Source of the DNA: an uncultured Desulfatiglans sp.
Lineage (GTDB): Bacteria; Desulfobacterota; DSM-4660; Desulfatiglandales; HGW-15
Length of the DNA: 59,449 nucleotides
Direction of reading: 5' to 3'
NCBI GenBank assembly: GCA_964610475.1
Contig: CAZSZQ010000002.1
Location: 1-59,449, forward strand
Shown here: positions 39,166 through 47,714 of the stretch, piece after piece
How positions within the stretch are numbered: position 1 is the first letter of the stretch
Layout of the letters: the number at the start of each line of letters is the position of its first letter
Notes under the pieces: model-generated
Databases searched by the model: none
The model's input: the letters and a program-made list of their open reading frames with translations, nothing else
What the model was told of the DNA's origin: nothing
Program-made: the position numbers and the translations under genes

Positions 39166-39365
39166 ATTTTTGAATATTTACATGGAGCTGATTGATCTGA
39201 GGCTGACAGCACTCTGACAAGATCAAAGGCCTGATCTTTGATAGGGTCAACTGCAGCAAGGATAAGAGGCATATACTGGTATAGACAACCGGCTATTACA
39301 GCGTTAAAATAATTGGCTGGATCTGTAGGTTTTTTATGTCCTTTTTTCCGTTCTTCTATTAAGTC
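39166..39365 (-). pseudogene. decayed fragment of a fourth copy of the conserved C-module
   Basis: Minus-strand translation reads LIEERKKGHKKPTDPANYFNAVIAGCLYQYMPLILAAVDPIKD. It matches PTEERV...KKNPEEV...INAVMAGCLPEYMPVLVAAV of 31301-32344. It has an internal deletion, no start codon, and stops on both sides. Confidence 0.5.
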
Positions 39366-39489
39366 TTATGTGGATATTTCAGAATAAATCATATAATAGA
39401 TGCCGGTATCCGGGGAAATATACAGCATTTAGTATAAACATGGTTTAACATTGGTAAAAGAACAGGTATAACGTGAATAAGAGCGCATC

Positions 39490-40344
39490 ATGAAAAGAAA
39501 CAGATCAAGCATAACCGCATTACGGGTTGCAATGCGGCGTGCAGCACACCAGATCATGGATGATCCCAGGATATTCTATGATCCACTAGCATTCCGAATT
39601 CTGGGTGCTGAAAATCAGTCGGCGAAATATTTGGATCCAAGGATGCTGGTGCAGACGCCGGCAGAATCCAAATATAGAGCGTATCTGGCTGCCCGTGCCA
39701 GATACGCTGAAGAAGAGTTGCAAATTGCCATTAATAGAGGAATTCAGCAATATGTTATTCTTGGTGCAGGACTTGATACATTCGCTTATCGAAATCCATA
39801 CCCTGACAATGCATTGCATGTCTTTGAAGTGGATCATCCTGCTACTCAGATATGGAAGCAAGAACGTCTTAAGGAGGCTGGCATCCCAATTCCCCAAACA
39901 CTCACCTTCACCCCCGTCGATTTTGATACTGAGACTCTTGATGAGGGGTTACGGCGAGTAGCTTTCGATACCGGCAAATGTACTTTCTTTTCATGGCTAG
40001 GGGTTACTTCTTATATAACAAGAAGCGCAGTAAATAGGATTCTGCAATTCGTCGCAACCATGCCGCTCGGAAGCGGAATAGTATTCGATTTTATGATTTC
40101 ACCTTTACTTCTTAATCCAAATTCTCGAAGTGTTTTCAATAAATTGGCACATCGTGTCGCTTTAGAAGGGGAGCCATTTCAGAGTACCTTTGATCCTTCC
40201 TTACTTAAAAACAATCTGCAAATAATGGGATTCGGACAGACTGAAGAGCTAGGTCCCAAGGAACTGAATGATCAATACTTCCGGGGACGAAAAGACGGAT
40301 TGAAAGTCGGCAGTCTGTCACATTTAATGAATGCGAGGGTCTAA
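39490..40344 (+). CDS. class I SAM-dependent methyltransferase (leucine carboxyl / O-methyltransferase-like family)
   Basis: ALRVAMRRAAH...DPLAFRILG; VILGAGLDTFAYR; FEVDHPATQ motifs typical of this family. Confidence 0.75.
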   Translation: MKRNRSSITALRVAMRRAAHQIMDDPRIFYDPLAFRILGAENQSAKYLDPRMLVQTPAESKYRAYLAARARYAEEELQIAINRGIQQYVILGAGLDTFAYRNPYPDNALHVFEVDHPATQIWKQERLKEAGIPIPQTLTFTPVDFDTETLDEGLRRVAFDTGKCTFFSWLGVTSYITRSAVNRILQFVATMPLGSGIVFDFMISPLLLNPNSRSVFNKLAHRVALEGEPFQSTFDPSLLKNNLQIMGFGQTEELGPKELNDQYFRGRKDGLKVGSLSHLMNARV

Positions 40345-40382
40345 TTACTGATAATTAACATCCGAAAATTAAAACTTATTTC

Positions 40383-40412
40383 TTGACAATTGTATACTCG
40401 GCATCTAGTATA
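40383..40412 (+). promoter_or_regulatory. sigma-70 promoter of tetR with an overlapping inverted-repeat operator
   Basis: TTGACA (40383-40388), 17-nt spacer, TAGTAT (40406-40411). Inverted repeat TATACT-N8-AGTATA (40393-40412) covers the spacer and -10. Confidence 0.45.
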
Positions 40413-40519
40413 TGGACTCTTTGTCTAATATGAATTTTTTCTTGATAAACCCGCTGTTCATCCGGAGAGGGAAAAATTCTGGATTGACACCAGGTAATTA
40501 ATAAATAAAAGGCCGTAAA

Positions 40520-41167
40520 ATGGGTGTTGCGGAAAGAAGAGTCAGAGAAAAGCAGCAGCGCAGGGATTTGGCGATTCAGGCAGCTATGGAAATATATAAT
40601 GAAGATGGATACTACGCCGTCACCATGGAAAAGATTGCAGAACGCGCTGAAATCAGCAGAGCGACTCTTTATCTCTATTTTAAAAATAAAGATGAAATAT
40701 TTATCAGCGCCATAAAGGAATATATGGATTATTTTTGTTCGCTGCTGGATGATGTATATACCCGGTGTAGATCCATCCATGAAAAGTTACTTGATGCATT
40801 ATGGGAGTGTTTCATCAAATTCTACCAGAAAGACCCTGTTGCATTCAATGTGTCCATGTATTTTCATCAGAATGAAGCAGTAAGAAATCTACCTGAAGAG
40901 CTACGCAGACTCTTATATGAGGCAGGGTCAAATGCCGTTACTTATCAACACAAGATAGCAGAATATGGTGTTGAACAGGGTATCTTTATTGACTGCAATT
41001 CCAGGACCCTGGCGGAAGTAATATGGAGTTCATTTCTTGGCATAATGCAGGTGGAAAGGAGCAAGGGCGAGATTACAGGCAAAACACATATTGAGACTAC
41101 ACGTGATCTTGCACTTGAGGTGCTGGCCAGGGGTATATTGAGGGATAAAAATCATATAGCGGTATAA
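40520..41167 (+). CDS. TetR/AcrR family transcriptional regulator
   Basis: N-terminal HTH TMEKIAERAEISRATLYLYFKNKDEIF; 215 aa. Confidence 0.85.
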   Translation: MGVAERRVREKQQRRDLAIQAAMEIYNEDGYYAVTMEKIAERAEISRATLYLYFKNKDEIFISAIKEYMDYFCSLLDDVYTRCRSIHEKLLDALWECFIKFYQKDPVAFNVSMYFHQNEAVRNLPEELRRLLYEAGSNAVTYQHKIAEYGVEQGIFIDCNSRTLAEVIWSSFLGIMQVERSKGEITGKTHIETTRDLALEVLARGILRDKNHIAV

Positions 41168-41215
41168 TATATTTAAATAACAAGCTCAGGTAAACATGAG
41201 GAGGAAAATGAATAG

Positions 41216-41716
41216 ATGAAGCATCTTATCCGATTAAAGGTGAATGGTGACACCTATACTGTCGCGTGTGAGTCATCCCGCACTCTTAATGAGGTCCTTA
41301 GAGAAGACCTTGGTTTGACAGGCACCAAGCTGGGATGCAGTGACGGGGACTGCGGGGCCTGCACTGTTATGATTGATGGGAATTCTGTCAGTTCATGCCT
41401 GACACTGGCTGCATCCTGTGAAGGAAAGGAAATAACCACAGTAGAAGGGCTGGCAAGATCAGGGGAGGAGCTGCATCCCATACAGGAAGCCTTTATAGAA
41501 AAAGGGGCAATTCAGTGCGGTTTCTGTACAGCCGGGATGGAGATGTCGGCCTTGAATCTGTTGAGTAAAAACAGTTCACCCACAGAAGAGGAAATCCGGA
41601 CAGCAATATCCGGAAACCTTTGCCGGTGCACAGGTTACTATAAAATAGTTGAGGCAATAGACAGTGCTGCTGAAAAAATTAGAAAGAAACAAAAAAAAAT
41701 TAAGAAGAGGATATAA
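41216..41716 (+). CDS. molybdenum hydroxylase small subunit, two [2Fe-2S] clusters (CoxS/XdhC-type)
   Basis: GCSDGDCGACTV; QCGFCTAGM; CRCTGY. Confidence 0.9.
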   Translation: MKHLIRLKVNGDTYTVACESSRTLNEVLREDLGLTGTKLGCSDGDCGACTVMIDGNSVSSCLTLAASCEGKEITTVEGLARSGEELHPIQEAFIEKGAIQCGFCTAGMEMSALNLLSKNSSPTEEEIRTAISGNLCRCTGYYKIVEAIDSAAEKIRKKQKKIKKRI

Positions 41717-41719
41717 AAA

Positions 41720-42592
41720 ATGGGTCTTTCCAGATTTGATTACTATGCTCCTGAAACAATAAAAGAGGCATGTAAACTGGCCTCTGAAATGGGTAAAGGC
41801 GCAATGTTTATGGCCGGTGGCACCGATCTTTTAATAAAAATCAAAAGAAAGCTGCTCAAAGCCACGGCTGTTATTGATATAAAAAAAATAAAAGGGCTGG
41901 ACGAAATATCCTTTGACAGGAGAAAAGGGCTCACGATCGGCTCTGCAGTAACTCTAACAGCAATCGAAAACCATACTCTGATAAAGGAAAAATATCCTGC
42001 CATAGCTGATGCAGCACATGCTACAGCCAATGTCCAGATTAGAAACATGGCGTCAATTTCAGGGAACCTTTGCAATGCCGCTCCATCGGCGGAAAACGCC
42101 CCGGTTCTAATGGCTATGAGTGCGCATGTAATGCTTGCTTCTCAGGACGGAACAAGGTCATTGCCGCTGGATGGATTTTTTAAGGGCCCTGGTAAAACAG
42201 TTATAAAACAGGGTGAGATCCTTACATCGATTACCGTGCCTGTGCCTCCCAATGGCTCAGGAACTTCATACCAGCATATATCCGCCAGGAGCAAGGTGGA
42301 TATCTCCGCGGTCAATGTCGGCGCCATGCTTATCATGTATGGCGATATCTGCGAGGATGCAAGGATATTCCTGGGCGCTGTTGCCCCCACTCCCATGATG
42401 GCAAAAAACGCACAAAAGGTCCTGAAGGGCAAAAAATTAACCGAGGAACTCCTTCAGACAGCAGGTTTAGAGGCGTCCAAAGAATGCAGTCCCATTACAG
42501 ATATGCGTGCAACTGCTGAATATAGAAGACTCATGGTTGCAGTTTTAACTGGTAGAGCAATTGATGAATCAAGAAGCAGGGCTGCAAGGTAA
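41720..42592 (+). CDS. molybdenum hydroxylase FAD-binding medium subunit (CoxM-type)
   Basis: FAD_binding_5 motif MAGGTDLL; C-terminal CO-dehydrogenase flavoprotein domain (TDMRATAEYR). Confidence 0.85.
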   Translation: MGLSRFDYYAPETIKEACKLASEMGKGAMFMAGGTDLLIKIKRKLLKATAVIDIKKIKGLDEISFDRRKGLTIGSAVTLTAIENHTLIKEKYPAIADAAHATANVQIRNMASISGNLCNAAPSAENAPVLMAMSAHVMLASQDGTRSLPLDGFFKGPGKTVIKQGEILTSITVPVPPNGSGTSYQHISARSKVDISAVNVGAMLIMYGDICEDARIFLGAVAPTPMMAKNAQKVLKGKKLTEELLQTAGLEASKECSPITDMRATAEYRRLMVAVLTGRAIDESRSRAAR

Positions 42593-42627
42593 ATCATGCT
42601 CTGGATTAATGAAGGGAAAGGAAAACA

Positions 42628-44898
42628 ATGGATAAATACAATATAATCGGTAAAAGTGTACCACGTACTCATGTTAAGGATAAGGCAACAGGCGCTGCAC
42701 TCTATACAGATGATATGAAGCTCCCCGGCATGCTGCATGGTCGGCTTCTCAGGAGTCCTTATGCCCATGCGCGTATCCTGAATATCGATACCAGTAAAGC
42801 AGAAGCACTCCCCGGAGTAAAGTGTGTGATTACAGGAGCAGATCTTCCTGATATAAGCTTCGGAAACTGGCGTCTTTTTCCGGATACACAGGATGAGCAT
42901 GGACTGGAAAAGAAGAAGGTCAGGTTTATTGGTGATGAAGTAGCGGCAGTTGCTGCAATTGATAAGGATATTGCCGAAGAGGCCCTGGACCTCATAAAAG
43001 TTGATTATGAAGAACTCCCGGCTTCATTTAACCTTGATGCGTCACTTGCTGACGGAGCACCTGTAATTCACGATCTACATAAGAATAATATCAGCGTTGT
43101 AAGAAAAATTACTTACGGTGATCTGGATAAGGCATTTGATGAATGTGATTATATAAGGGAAGATACTTTTAATGTACACGAGGTCAGTGCATGCTATCTG
43201 GAACCTTGCTCTACATTGGCTAAATGTGATGCAGATGGGAAGATAACAATCTGGACATCAACACAAGTTCCATACATTGTTCAATGCCTTCTGGCAAGCG
43301 TGCTGGGGATGAGAGAGAATGACATAAGGGTCATAAAACCGAATGTCGGTGGTGGATTCGGTGCAAAAATGGAGATGCGGAAGTGGGAAGTCTGCGCCGC
43401 TTTCATGGCCAGAAAGACCGGAAAACCTGTCAAATTCACACTCTCGCGGGAAGAAGAGTTTGCTACAGGCAGAAGAAGACATCCCATGAGGCTATTCTCT
43501 AAAATTGGACTCAAGAAGGATGGAACACTTATAGCCAAGGACTTAAAAATCCTGCTTGACGGAGGCGCCTATAACGCCATGGGACCAACAGCCACATTTC
43601 TGTGCGGTAATTGTGGTCTTATGATGTATCGTTATAAAAGTTATAGATTCCTCGGACAGCATGTATACACCAATAAGCCTCCTGCAAGCGCGATAAGAGG
43701 ATTTGGTTCTCCCCAGTCATATTTTGCTACGGAATCACAGATGAACATTGTTGCTGAAGAGCTTGGTATTGACCCCATTGAATTAAGAAAAAAGAACGCA
43801 ATGAAAGCGGGTGATGAAATCCCTGAGCTTTCCAGAATAGGAAGCTGTGGTTTTTCTGAATGCCTTGATAAAGTAGTGAAAGAAAGCGGATTTCATGAAA
43901 AAAGAAAAAATCCTAAAAAAGGCAGGGGAATAGGTATAGGATGCTACAGTTATATTTCCGGAGGTGTCTTTAACTGGTTTAATACCCAGTATCCATTCTC
44001 TGCTGCTGAAATAAGGGCGTTTTCTGACGGTACAGTCCACTTGTTGACCATGGCTGCTGATATAGGGCAGGGATCGGATACTGTCCTTCCACAAATCTTG
44101 GCTGAAGAACTGGGTATTAAGATGGAGGACATAAGGATAACTTCCGCTGATACGGCTATGACACCTCAGGCCGACCTGGGTTCATGGGGCAGCAGAGTAA
44201 CACTCATGGCAGGTAACGCTGTAATTGATGCAGCAAGAAAACTCAAAGAGATCCTTTTTGGTGTGGTCGCCGCCCACTTTAAATTTAATATTATTCACGA
44301 ACTTGACTTCAAAGACGGACGTATATTCTCACAGGTCAGACCCGATAAAGGTATGACTTTTAGTGAAGCAGTAGAACTTGCACAAAGGACACAGAGAGGG
44401 GAACCAATTGTAGTAAGGGGATTCTATACCCCAAGAGGAAAAGGTATGGTAACACCGGCTTTCAGTTTCGGTGCCCAGGTAGCTGAAGTGGAAGTGGATG
44501 AAAAGACCGGCATTGTGGATGTTAAAAAGGTATGGACTGCCCATGACTGCGGAAAAGTCCTAAATCCTGTTTCTGTTGAAGGTCAACTCGAAGGATCAAT
44601 ACATATGGGCCTCGGTTATGCACTTTCCGAACAGTTTGCCATGGAGGATGGCAAAACCCTTAACACGACTTTCCTAGACTATAAAATGCCGAGTGCCCTT
44701 GATATGCCTGCGAGTAAATCGATTTGTATTGATGTTTACGAACCGGAAGGGCCGTTCGGTGCCAAGGAAGCAGGAGAAGGTCTTGTAGGCCCTGTTGCTC
44801 CGGCGATTGCTGACGCAGTTTACAATGCGGTCGGTTACCGAAACAAAGATCTTCCCATTTCTCCTGAAAAGGTGTTGAAGGACATAAAAAATAAATAG
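42628..44898 (+). CDS. molybdopterin-binding large subunit of the xanthine dehydrogenase / aldehyde oxidoreductase family
   Basis: GRLLRSPYAHARI; VGGGFGAK; AIRGFG; catalytic-Glu region FGAKEAGEG. Substrate is not inferable. Confidence 0.9.
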   Translation: MDKYNIIGKSVPRTHVKDKATGAALYTDDMKLPGMLHGRLLRSPYAHARILNIDTSKAEALPGVKCVITGADLPDISFGNWRLFPDTQDEHGLEKKKVRFIGDEVAAVAAIDKDIAEEALDLIKVDYEELPASFNLDASLADGAPVIHDLHKNNISVVRKITYGDLDKAFDECDYIREDTFNVHEVSACYLEPCSTLAKCDADGKITIWTSTQVPYIVQCLLASVLGMRENDIRVIKPNVGGGFGAKMEMRKWEVCAAFMARKTGKPVKFTLSREEEFATGRRRHPMRLFSKIGLKKDGTLIAKDLKILLDGGAYNAMGPTATFLCGNCGLMMYRYKSYRFLGQHVYTNKPPASAIRGFGSPQSYFATESQMNIVAEELGIDPIELRKKNAMKAGDEIPELSRIGSCGFSECLDKVVKESGFHEKRKNPKKGRGIGIGCYSYISGGVFNWFNTQYPFSAAEIRAFSDGTVHLLTMAADIGQGSDTVLPQILAEELGIKMEDIRITSADTAMTPQADLGSWGSRVTLMAGNAVIDAARKLKEILFGVVAAHFKFNIIHELDFKDGRIFSQVRPDKGMTFSEAVELAQRTQRGEPIVVRGFYTPRGKGMVTPAFSFGAQVAEVEVDEKTGIVDVKKVWTAHDCGKVLNPVSVEGQLEGSIHMGLGYALSEQFAMEDGKTLNTTFLDYKMPSALDMPASKSICIDVYEPEGPFGAKEAGEGLVGPVAPAIADAVYNAVGYRNKDLPISPEKVLKDIKNK

Positions 44899-44909
44899 GA
44901 GGATAATTA

Positions 44910-46367
44910 ATGAATCTGAAAGTAAGGCTCTCCGGGATTGTAGGAGAGAACAATTATTCCGATGACAAAGAGCAGTTGAAGGTATACTCCCGCGATTTCA
45001 GTTACGCCCCTTCAGGTATGCCCAACTATATTGTAAAACCGGCAAGTTCTGAAGAGGTCTCTGCTGTTGTCAAATTGTGTAATGAATTCAGGGTGCCTGT
45101 TGTGCCATGCAGTTCAAAGCTCCATTTTTATGGCGCCACCATCCCGAAAGAAGGTGGCGTGATGCTTGATTTGAGCCGGATGGATAAAATTTTTGAGATA
45201 GACCCTGATAACAGAAGGGTAAGGTTTGAGGCTGGCGTTACATGGCAGAAACTTACAGAGGAATTGGAAAAGGCCGGATACAGGGTTATCATGCCTCTTG
45301 CTCCGCCGGCAGAGCGTTCTGTTCTTACCGATTTTCTGGAGCGTGAGGAACCTACAAACCAGGTTTATGATTACGGTGAGCCCCTTCAGGCAATGGAGGT
45401 CGTATGGCCAACAGGCGAGATATTCAGGATGGGGTCGGCCAGTGTAAACGGCTATCCTGATTCTGCCTCAAAGGGCGGAAACCCGTCCGGGCCGGGGCTC
45501 GACTTTTACAGATTTTTCCAGTGCGCGCAGGGCACAATGGGTGTTGTTACATGGACAAACCTAAAGATAGAATCAATACCTAAAATAGACAAGGTGCTTT
45601 TTGCACCGCTCGATGATATCGAATATGGAATAGATTTCCTTTACCGTATAATGCCCCGCCGGATCGGTCAGGAGGTCCTGCTACTGAATGATGTTGATCT
45701 GGCTGCAATCCTCTCTGAAAAATGGCCGGACGATTTTAACAGGCTCAGTGCGGAACTCCCGCCATGGACGCTTGTTCTGGTTATAAGCGGTCTTTTAAGG
45801 CGCCCTGAAGAAAAGATCGCCTATGAGGAGCATTTTCTGGCAGACTTAATAAAGAATGAATTTACTGATCTTCGTCTCGAAGAAAATCTTCCTGGCTTTT
45901 CCGGCATAAGAAAAAAAATGCTTAATGTCCTGAGAAAGCCCTGGCCAAAGGATCTCCCTTACTGGAAAAGCAGGGTCAAGGGGGCGTGTCAGAATCTTTT
46001 CTTCCACACACGCCCTGAAAGGGTGCCTGAATTTATATCAATTATTGAGGATATTTCAACGCAGTACGGATACCCGATAGATGAAATAGGTATGTATATT
46101 CAGCCGATAGAACATAACAGGGCATGCAGGCCGGAATTCTCATTTTTCTATAATCCTGAAAATGAAGGTGAAACTGCGGTTATAGCTGATCTTTACAAAG
46201 AGGCCGCCAGGGTATTTCTAAATGAGGGAGCTGTTTTTTCCAGACCGTATGGCGACCTGGCACCTATTGTATATGAAAAGGCCGCTTCCTATGCCTTCGC
46301 ATTAAAAAGGCTTAAGAAGACCTTTGATCCAAACAATATAATGAACCCTGGAAGGCTGTGCTTTTAA
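44910..46367 (+). CDS. FAD-binding (PCMH-type, GlcD/GlcE-like) oxidoreductase
   Basis: N-terminal FAD_binding_4-like segment (IVKPASSEEVSAVVKLCNEFRVPVVP ... LDLSRMDKIFEIDP); divergent glycine-rich loop. Confidence 0.65.
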   Translation: MNLKVRLSGIVGENNYSDDKEQLKVYSRDFSYAPSGMPNYIVKPASSEEVSAVVKLCNEFRVPVVPCSSKLHFYGATIPKEGGVMLDLSRMDKIFEIDPDNRRVRFEAGVTWQKLTEELEKAGYRVIMPLAPPAERSVLTDFLEREEPTNQVYDYGEPLQAMEVVWPTGEIFRMGSASVNGYPDSASKGGNPSGPGLDFYRFFQCAQGTMGVVTWTNLKIESIPKIDKVLFAPLDDIEYGIDFLYRIMPRRIGQEVLLLNDVDLAAILSEKWPDDFNRLSAELPPWTLVLVISGLLRRPEEKIAYEEHFLADLIKNEFTDLRLEENLPGFSGIRKKMLNVLRKPWPKDLPYWKSRVKGACQNLFFHTRPERVPEFISIIEDISTQYGYPIDEIGMYIQPIEHNRACRPEFSFFYNPENEGETAVIADLYKEAARVFLNEGAVFSRPYGDLAPIVYEKAASYAFALKRLKKTFDPNNIMNPGRLCF

Positions 46368-46378
46368 GGAGGAAAGGG

Positions 46379-47713
46379 ATGTCAAAAGAATTAAAAGTGA
46401 GATATTACAGGCCCAGAGAAGAGTTCAGGCTTGATATAACCGATATGGAAAATTTTGTTTTTGATATGAGCAAGTGCATCAAATGCAAGGGATGCACATG
46501 GGTTGAGCATACTTATATGCCCGGTGTAAAATATACGACCCGTTGTCCAAGCGCCACCAGATTTGTCTTTGACTCATACGGCGCATACGGGAAGATGCGA
46601 ATAGGACATGCAATGGCGGAAGGGATGCTGGGCTGGAATGAAAAAGCACTTGAAATCATGTATGCATGCACACTATGCGGCGCATGTGATGTGGGGTGCA
46701 AGAGAAATCTGGACCTCGAAATAGGACTCACACTTGAGGCATTGAGGGTAAAGGCTGTAAAGGACGGCGCAGGGCCTATGCCTGAACACAGGAAGATGGC
46801 AGAAAAGATTATCAGGTCCCACAACTGTTATGGCGCTTCACATGAAAAGAGGATGGGCTGGATAACCAAACAGATTACTCCGGCCAAAAAGGCGGATATA
46901 CTCTATTATGCAGGTTGCAATGCCTCATATGTGAACAAAGAGATTGCCAGGGCTACAGTAAAGATATTCAGGGCATGCGATGATAAATACATGCTTATGC
47001 CTGATGAATGGTGCTGCGGTAATAAAATATTTTCTGTGGGCATGTTTGATGAAGCCAAAGCCATTGCCGAACGGAATATAGCAGAGGTAAGAAAGACCGG
47101 CGCAAAGATTATGGTTGTAAGCTGCGCCGAAGGATACCGCATGTGGAAGGTGGATTATCCGAAACTCCTCAATATTGCTACGGACGACCTCGGCTTCAGG
47201 GTGATGCACCTCATGGAATATGCGAATGAAAAGATCAAGGATGGAAGCCTTAAACTGAAAAAAAATATGGATTTGCGTGTGGCATATCATGACTCATGCA
47301 GTGTAAGCCGCCTGTGCGATCCATGGACGCCCTATGAGGGAAAAAGGGGCTGGATGGGCTGTGTTGAACCGAGGCTTAAAAGACGCCGCGGCACAACAGG
47401 ATTATACAGAGAGCCGAGAGAAATACTAAAGTCAATACCCGGCGTTGAGTTTGTCGAGATGCCGAGGACAAGGGAAAACTCATTCTGCTGCGGCGCAGGG
47501 CGTGGTACACAGGAGGCTTTTCCGGAGTTTTCCTCATGGTCTGCAAATCAGAGGTTAGAGGAAGTGAAGGATGTGGGGGCTGAAACCCTTGTATCAGCAT
47601 GTCCATGGTGCAAGGATAATTTTACCGGTGCACTTAATGCACAGGGTGAAAATATTCCGGTGCTTGATATTTCCGAAATAATATTTGCTGCCATAGAAGG
47701 TCAGGAGGTTTAA
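46379..47713 (+). CDS. Fe-S oxidoreductase with two ferredoxin-type Cys clusters and CCG domains (GlcF/HdrD-like)
   Basis: CIKCKGC...C and CTLCGACDVGC motifs; two CCG-type motifs (WCCG, FCCGAG). ATG 46379 follows AGGAGG; the track ORF begins at 46358. Confidence 0.75.
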   Translation: MSKELKVRYYRPREEFRLDITDMENFVFDMSKCIKCKGCTWVEHTYMPGVKYTTRCPSATRFVFDSYGAYGKMRIGHAMAEGMLGWNEKALEIMYACTLCGACDVGCKRNLDLEIGLTLEALRVKAVKDGAGPMPEHRKMAEKIIRSHNCYGASHEKRMGWITKQITPAKKADILYYAGCNASYVNKEIARATVKIFRACDDKYMLMPDEWCCGNKIFSVGMFDEAKAIAERNIAEVRKTGAKIMVVSCAEGYRMWKVDYPKLLNIATDDLGFRVMHLMEYANEKIKDGSLKLKKNMDLRVAYHDSCSVSRLCDPWTPYEGKRGWMGCVEPRLKRRRGTTGLYREPREILKSIPGVEFVEMPRTRENSFCCGAGRGTQEAFPEFSSWSANQRLEEVKDVGAETLVSACPWCKDNFTGALNAQGENIPVLDISEIIFAAIEGQEV

Positions 47714-47714
47714 T

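Noticed and set aside
39130-39169. Possible promoter for the minus-strand ligase/TrxR/selenoprotein operon (TTGACA at 39164-39169 on the minus strand).
   Set aside because: No acceptable -10 lies at 16-18 nt spacing (TATACC at 15 nt, TATAAA at 21 nt). I left it uncalled and mention only the TTGTATAC half-site under the TetR finding.
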